A DNA stretch of 61,628 nucleotides from Candidatus Micrarchaeota archaeon (GTDB taxonomy: Archaea > Micrarchaeota > Micrarchaeia > Micrarchaeales > CABMGC01). Shown here in pieces: positions 57,497 through 61,628 of the stretch. The stretch is from assembly GCA_021803425.1 (NCBI GenBank), contig JAJZLN010000030.1, forward strand, positions 1-61,628, given 5' to 3'. Positions within the stretch are counted from its first letter, which is position 1, and every line of letters begins with the position of its first letter. The notes under the pieces were generated by a model. That model was not told where the DNA came from and did no database searches. It saw nothing but the letters and a program-made list of their open reading frames with translations. The position numbers were made by a program, and so were the translations under genes.

Positions 57497-58303
57497 TCAG
57501 GGTCCCTTCTTGAATTTTGAGATTGACTCCTCCTCCGCAAAAGATAATCCAGATGGTATTATTAGGGATATCTTTCTTTTGGCGAACGAAGCGTAAATCT
57601 TATACGCGTCCTTTACTTTTACATATGCGATTTCCTGCGTATCCATGCCGACGTCTCCAAGTACAAGGATTTTAAGATCGTCATGGATTATGCCTGTGCC
57701 TTTTTGGAGGTCTGCATCGCGGAGTATTTTAAAGGCTTCTTCAAGTTTCATATGCCTCTTTTCATCGGCATTTATATCTAATAACAGTAATGTGTGTTCA
57801 TTGTTCCTGAGGTTCTTGCTTAGCGTGTCAATAAATGAGACAGGCTTGTATTTTTCGTACCAATATGGGATTGTGACTATCTGCCCGAATTTGTAGACAT
57901 CAAGTCCACTGGACCCTATCGCAGCCGAGAATATAGAAGACGCATGGTACACCTTATACCTTACACCGAGCCTTGTTGCGATGTCAAGTATCGTAGCGCA
58001 ATGTGTTGTTGCCACAAGAGGGTCGCCTGGAACGAGTATGGACACGGTTTTTGATTTTGACGCTTCGATTATTGATTTGGATCCTTCCTCAAGCTCATGC
58101 CTGCCCACTATAAATATCTCCTTTCCAGTTTCCTCACGCAGGTACCGGACATAATCATCGGATATTATCGTAGTATACTGCTCAAGATATACTATGTCAG
58201 AGGATCTTATAGCCTCCATGGCCCTTATGGATATGTCTTTTGTTTCAAGCCCCAATCCTATCAGATTGAGTGTATATTTTGCCGTGTTTTCTTCTTTCAT
58301 CAT
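57497..58303 (-). CDS. dph5: Diphthine synthase
   Basis: LIGLGL, VYLEQYT, GDPLVATTH, YKFGQIVTIP, HTLLLLD. Confidence 0.93.
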   Translation of the reverse strand: MMKEENTAKYTLNLIGLGLETKDISIRAMEAIRSSDIVYLEQYTTIISDDYVRYLREETGKEIFIVGRHELEEGSKSIIEASKSKTVSILVPGDPLVATTHCATILDIATRLGVRYKVYHASSIFSAAIGSSGLDVYKFGQIVTIPYWYEKYKPVSFIDTLSKNLRNNEHTLLLLDINADEKRHMKLEEAFKILRDADLQKGTGIIHDDLKILVLGDVGMDTQEIAYVKVKDAYKIYASFAKRKISLIIPSGLSFAEEESISKFKKGP

Positions 58304-58393
58304 ACCGCCAATGCAGCCAGAACAATATTTTATATGAATTGATGTTGATGCAAGTATTAAAATTGTTAAGTAGTATATATTATTGGTGGGAAT

Positions 58394-58549
58394 GTGGTGA
58401 AAAAACAGTTAAAGAGACCTGCATCTAAGAAGAATATGCAAGGCAGAAGATTCGGGTTTGATATGATGTCCAGCGCGGCGCTTGTTGCCTCTCTTGTAGT
58501 TATAATGACATTTACAGTAATGGTTGTAATTGTTTTAGGGAGCATTTGA
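58394..58549 (+). CDS. Putative 51-aa tail-anchored membrane peptide
   Basis: GTG start; MVKKQLKRPASKKNMQGRRFGFDMMSSAALVASLVVIMTFTVMVVIVLGSI; below the track length cutoff. Confidence 0.4.
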   Translation: MVKKQLKRPASKKNMQGRRFGFDMMSSAALVASLVVIMTFTVMVVIVLGSI

Positions 58550-58622
58550 AATTGAAAGGTAGCGAATGCTCCGCACTGTTCTGGGTTGCACATGGCTTAA
58601 GCGCACTTCGTGGCCCGTTTGG

Positions 58623-59573
58623 TTAGTCTTTTATGCCGTCAGGGGTAATTTTTATCACAGATTCGCCTTCAGGCATATTTGGGGAATCTACAAGCCTGAC
58701 GATTCTCTTGTCCTCCTTTGACTTCCTCAGGTATAGCCTTGTAGTGGCTGCATGGGCAACTATATTGCCGCCGACAGGCGTAGTTGGATCGCCAAACAGT
58801 ATCGCAGGGTTGTCCATTACCTGATTGGTTATGTACACCGCAAGGTCATATGTGTCAGCAAGTTTCTGAAGCTTGTGAATATGGCTGTTGAGCTTCTGCT
58901 GCCTTTCCCCAAGAGCCCCCCTGCCAAGGAACTCGGACCTGAACAAAGCCATGAGTGAATCGACAATTACGAGCTTGACGTTGCTCTCTTTTATGAGTTT
59001 GTCAGCCCTCTCTACGGCAAGTATTTGCTGGTCAGTGCTTGTGGCGCGCACTACCAATATGTTATCAAGCGTATCCTTTATTTCCATGCCAGCGGCCTTT
59101 GCGATCTGCTCGATCCTGTCAGGCCTGAATGTCCCTTCCGTATCTATAAAAAGGACCTTGCCCCCTAGCCCTCCAGATTCTATTGGCCTCTGGACGTTTA
59201 CTGAAAGCTGGAAGCCTAACTGAGTTTTTCCTGAAGCAAATTTTCCATACGCTTCCGTGATTGCATTGGCTTCGACTCCGCCGCCAAGCATCTCATCAAG
59301 CCCTTTTGACCCTGTCTCTATCCTCCCTAGCGATTTTCTCTTTTCATATACTGTGGTGCCTGTAGCGTATTCCAACGTTGTGGCCTGCTTTGCTGCATCG
59401 ACTGCCTGTTTTGCGGCTTCAAGTTTCATGCCTGAAAGTTCGGCAAGCTCATGGGGCGAAGCCGTGGCTATCTTCTCTACAGAATCAAAACCCAACTGTT
59501 TAAGCTTCTCTGCCGTAGTAGGACCTATTCCTGGAAGGTCCTCTAGTTCCTTTATAGCCTTCTCTTTTGCCAT
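58623..59573 (-). CDS. radA: DNA repair and recombination protein RadA
   Basis: HhH N-terminus, GKFASGKTQ, IDTEGTFRPDRI, GGNIVAHA; no intein seen. Confidence 0.96.
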   Translation of the reverse strand: MAKEKAIKELEDLPGIGPTTAEKLKQLGFDSVEKIATASPHELAELSGMKLEAAKQAVDAAKQATTLEYATGTTVYEKRKSLGRIETGSKGLDEMLGGGVEANAITEAYGKFASGKTQLGFQLSVNVQRPIESGGLGGKVLFIDTEGTFRPDRIEQIAKAAGMEIKDTLDNILVVRATSTDQQILAVERADKLIKESNVKLVIVDSLMALFRSEFLGRGALGERQQKLNSHIHKLQKLADTYDLAVYITNQVMDNPAILFGDPTTPVGGNIVAHAATTRLYLRKSKEDKRIVRLVDSPNMPEGESVIKITPDGIKD

Positions 59574-59963
59574 ATTACTACCTTTTTTCAAAATTAGCGG
59601 TTAGTATTAGCGCAGACAAAAATTATAAAGTATATGCCCGCATACAGCAGAGTGGGATTATGCCATCCAATCAGCAAAAAGAGCATTTCCAGGCATTAAA
59701 AAGGAAGAGGCCAGCATGCAGAAAACTGCAGCTGGCAAGGCGACCAGTTCTTACTCCTCCATTATAGAGAACTCGTATTGAGTATATGTTTGCCTTCTTT
59801 TAAAAACCTTTCGAAATAGTGGAAGTGAGGGTTACTGATTCCATTGTTTTGGAACTAAAATGTTGTTGTTTTGGACCATAAATGTTGATTTACCATAGCA
59901 AAGCGCTCAACGAATATTACTGATAATATATGAGTTTCAAATTGAAAGCTTTGCGGCCGGCAA

Positions 59964-61628
59964 TTATTTGTATGGTTTGGAGCGCAATTTTTTAAGATGG
60001 ATAATGTATGCTATGAATGCGATTGCCATCGCTATGATTACTGCCAGAAGTATTGTTGAAAGGGATATTGGCTTTGGAGAGGTGGAGAGAATCGCTATCA
60101 GCCCCGCGGACGCTGAAGGCACCTCGACCGTGCACGTGGAAGGATTTATGGTATAATTCGACATCTCCTGCCATGCGCCGTCCACGAACATGTAAGGAGC
60201 CACGGAGTTCGATGGGAAGCTGCATGAATAGCTCACATTGACATCTATGCGCGAGAGCTGCGAGTTCGAAGATATGTTGAGCACTGATACTGCGTAGAGG
60301 CCTGCGGCGAGCTTCACGCTGCCAGACGCATTTGAGATCATGAGCGTTATCCTTGTCGGGGCCTGTGATGCTGAATAGACCTTTATGACTGCACCTGAAT
60401 TGCTGAAGTTTATAACTGCAGGATAAGTCGCTGATGAATTAGCAGAAACTGTCGCCGAAGTGACGCTGCTGTTGAGCATGGGAGGGATTGCGGAAGTTGT
60501 CGATGCAGGAAGAGTGGTTGTAGGAATGGAAGTGGTAGTGTTCACAACAGAAGTGGTTGGTATCGTAGTCGTAGGAACGGTCGTGGGCGGGATGGTTGAA
60601 GGAGGAGGTGGAGAAGATGATGCCGAAGATCCGCCGGTGCCGAGCGATCCAACCTTCAGAGTGGACGTAAGCGATGATGAGGTGTAGTTTGCGTTTCCGG
60701 GATTGGTGAATGTGAATGAATATGTGCCGGGTGAACCCTGCTCCGTCCAGTGCATCACTGAATCGGTCTTTCCGAAGAGCGCCCCGTTGACGTAAAGCGA
60801 CCATGCGCTCTGGTTGCCTATCGTCGGAGTTCCGGTGAATGTTATATTCACTGCTGAATAGAAGCCCGCGAAGCCGGGGTTTCCTGATGAAGTCGCAAAT
60901 AGAAGGTCGTTTGATTCTATTACCACGGTGTTTGTCACCTGCGGCACTGAATAATAGGTTGTGGTTCCGGTGTCAGTGACTATCACATTGAATACGTAGT
61001 TTCCAGGAACTGTTAATGCATCGAGAGTGTTGGTAGAAGAGAGAGTTGATGATGAGACTGTATTCTGCGCTTCTGCATTGTCGAGCGTGAATGCGTATAT
61101 GAAGTTGCCTGTGCCGCTTCCTCCGGTGACTGCTGCAGTTGTGATTACAGAATTTCCGTAAAGTATTGAGTTTGTGACGATTCCTGATCCTGTCTGAACG
61201 GTGAGGGAAAAAACTGGAGTTGAATATGCAACTATTTGCGATGTATGAATAGAGTTCATTGTAACAAAAGTAGATGCATGATCAGAAACGAATACATTTG
61301 CCACAAGCGTGTTTCCTGCATTGCCATTTGCCTGCCAGAGGAATGAGTTCGATGATGTAAGCATGTTTGCGACCTGTATGTTCGTAACGCTGTTGTATAC
61401 GATGAAGTTGTAGGTGTATGGAAGTGTACCTCCAGTCTCGTATGCTGCGAAATTTATGTATTGTCCCGCGTCTACTAGCGTGTTTGATGCTGAGATTGTC
61501 GGGGTCTGAAGCACCGAATTGACTGTGATTGTGGATGTATGCAACGAGTTCACTGTCACTTGAATTGATGCGCTGTCCGTTACGAATACGTTTGCCACAA
61601 GCGTGTTTCCTGCATTTCCCGTTGCCTG
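59964..61628 (-). CDS. Cell-surface protein (5' end outside window): tandem Ig/PKD-like modules, Thr-rich linker, C-terminal domain, TM anchor and basic tail
   Basis: Frame open to the window edge; ends ILLAVIIAMAIAFIAYII-HLKKLRSKPYK; paralog of 1-2472. Confidence 0.85.
   Translation of the reverse strand, partial: QATGNAGNTLVANVFVTDSASIQVTVNSLHTSTITVNSVLQTPTISASNTLVDAGQYINFAAYETGGTLPYTYNFIVYNSVTNIQVANMLTSSNSFLWQANGNAGNTLVANVFVSDHASTFVTMNSIHTSQIVAYSTPVFSLTVQTGSGIVTNSILYGNSVITTAAVTGGSGTGNFIYAFTLDNAEAQNTVSSSTLSSTNTLDALTVPGNYVFNVIVTDTGTTTYYSVPQVTNTVVIESNDLLFATSSGNPGFAGFYSAVNITFTGTPTIGNQSAWSLYVNGALFGKTDSVMHWTEQGSPGTYSFTFTNPGNANYTSSSLTSTLKVGSLGTGGSSASSSPPPPSTIPPTTVPTTTIPTTSVVNTTTSIPTTTLPASTTSAIPPMLNSSVTSATVSANSSATYPAVINFSNSGAVIKVYSASQAPTRITLMISNASGSVKLAAGLYAVSVLNISSNSQLSRIDVNVSYSCSFPSNSVAPYMFVDGAWQEMSNYTINPSTCTVEVPSASAGLIAILSTSPKPISLSTILLAVIIAMAIAFIAYIIHLKKLRSKPYK
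60628..61506. repeat. Dispersed repeat copy 2 (paralogous to 167-1045)
   Basis: See copy 1. Confidence 0.9.

Noticed and set aside
58381-58393. Possible target of the 54-kb omega-RNA guide (GGTGGGAA)
   Set aside because: Only 8 nt match and the adjacent motif is TATT, not TTAT.
20977-59573. Inteins in nrdJ, DP2 or radA
   Set aside because: Lengths are normal, with no intein splice or LAGLIDADG motifs.
3014-60804. Numerous antisense or alternate-frame ORFs overlapping well-supported genes
   Set aside because: No motifs; they are expected shadows of coding sequence.
1-61628. Similar sequence at both window ends suggesting a circular element or terminal redundancy
   Set aside because: The copies differ at many positions and diverge on both sides; they are paralogs, and the content is chromosomal housekeeping.
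1-61628. CRISPR array, cas genes, rRNA, RNase P or SRP RNA
   Set aside because: No regularly spaced short repeats or recognisable signatures seen by eye.

Overview
Archaeal chromosomal segment, most likely DPANN/Micrarchaeota. This is inferred from a 383-aa three-unit (epsilon-type) tRNA splicing endonuclease, tRNA introns at T-loop position 59/60, 'QSAxEYLxxYGW' pilin-like proteins and very tight gene packing. Most of the window is housekeeping: pdhABCD, nrdJ, PolD DP1/DP2, grpE-dnaK-dnaJ, the rpoD-tRNALeu-L18e-L13-S9-rpoN-tRNAPro-S2 cluster, radA, dph5, taw1, tmk, dcd and 7 tRNAs (4 with introns). Both ends lie in paralogous modular cell-surface proteins. The most unusual signals are: (1) the tRNA-Pro at the conserved ribosomal-operon position has an A34 anticodon (AGG), a type essentially absent from archaea; (2) four class III signal-peptide pilin-like proteins all have a non-canonical -1 residue (L, L, N, Q), and a long A24 prepilin peptidase is also present; (3) four dispersed pieces of one IS200/IS605-TnpB family, one of which has start-codon and stop-codon regions that are perfectly complementary over 14 nt; (4) a bacterial-type speY-speB pair; (5) a tRNA-Glu overlapping tmk, with an att-like repeat bracketing a surface glycoside hydrolase; (6) a dnaJ with an apparent CTG start and no C-terminal domain; (7) a degenerate CheD-like protein. 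All family assignments come from motif recognition by eye; no database searches were run.
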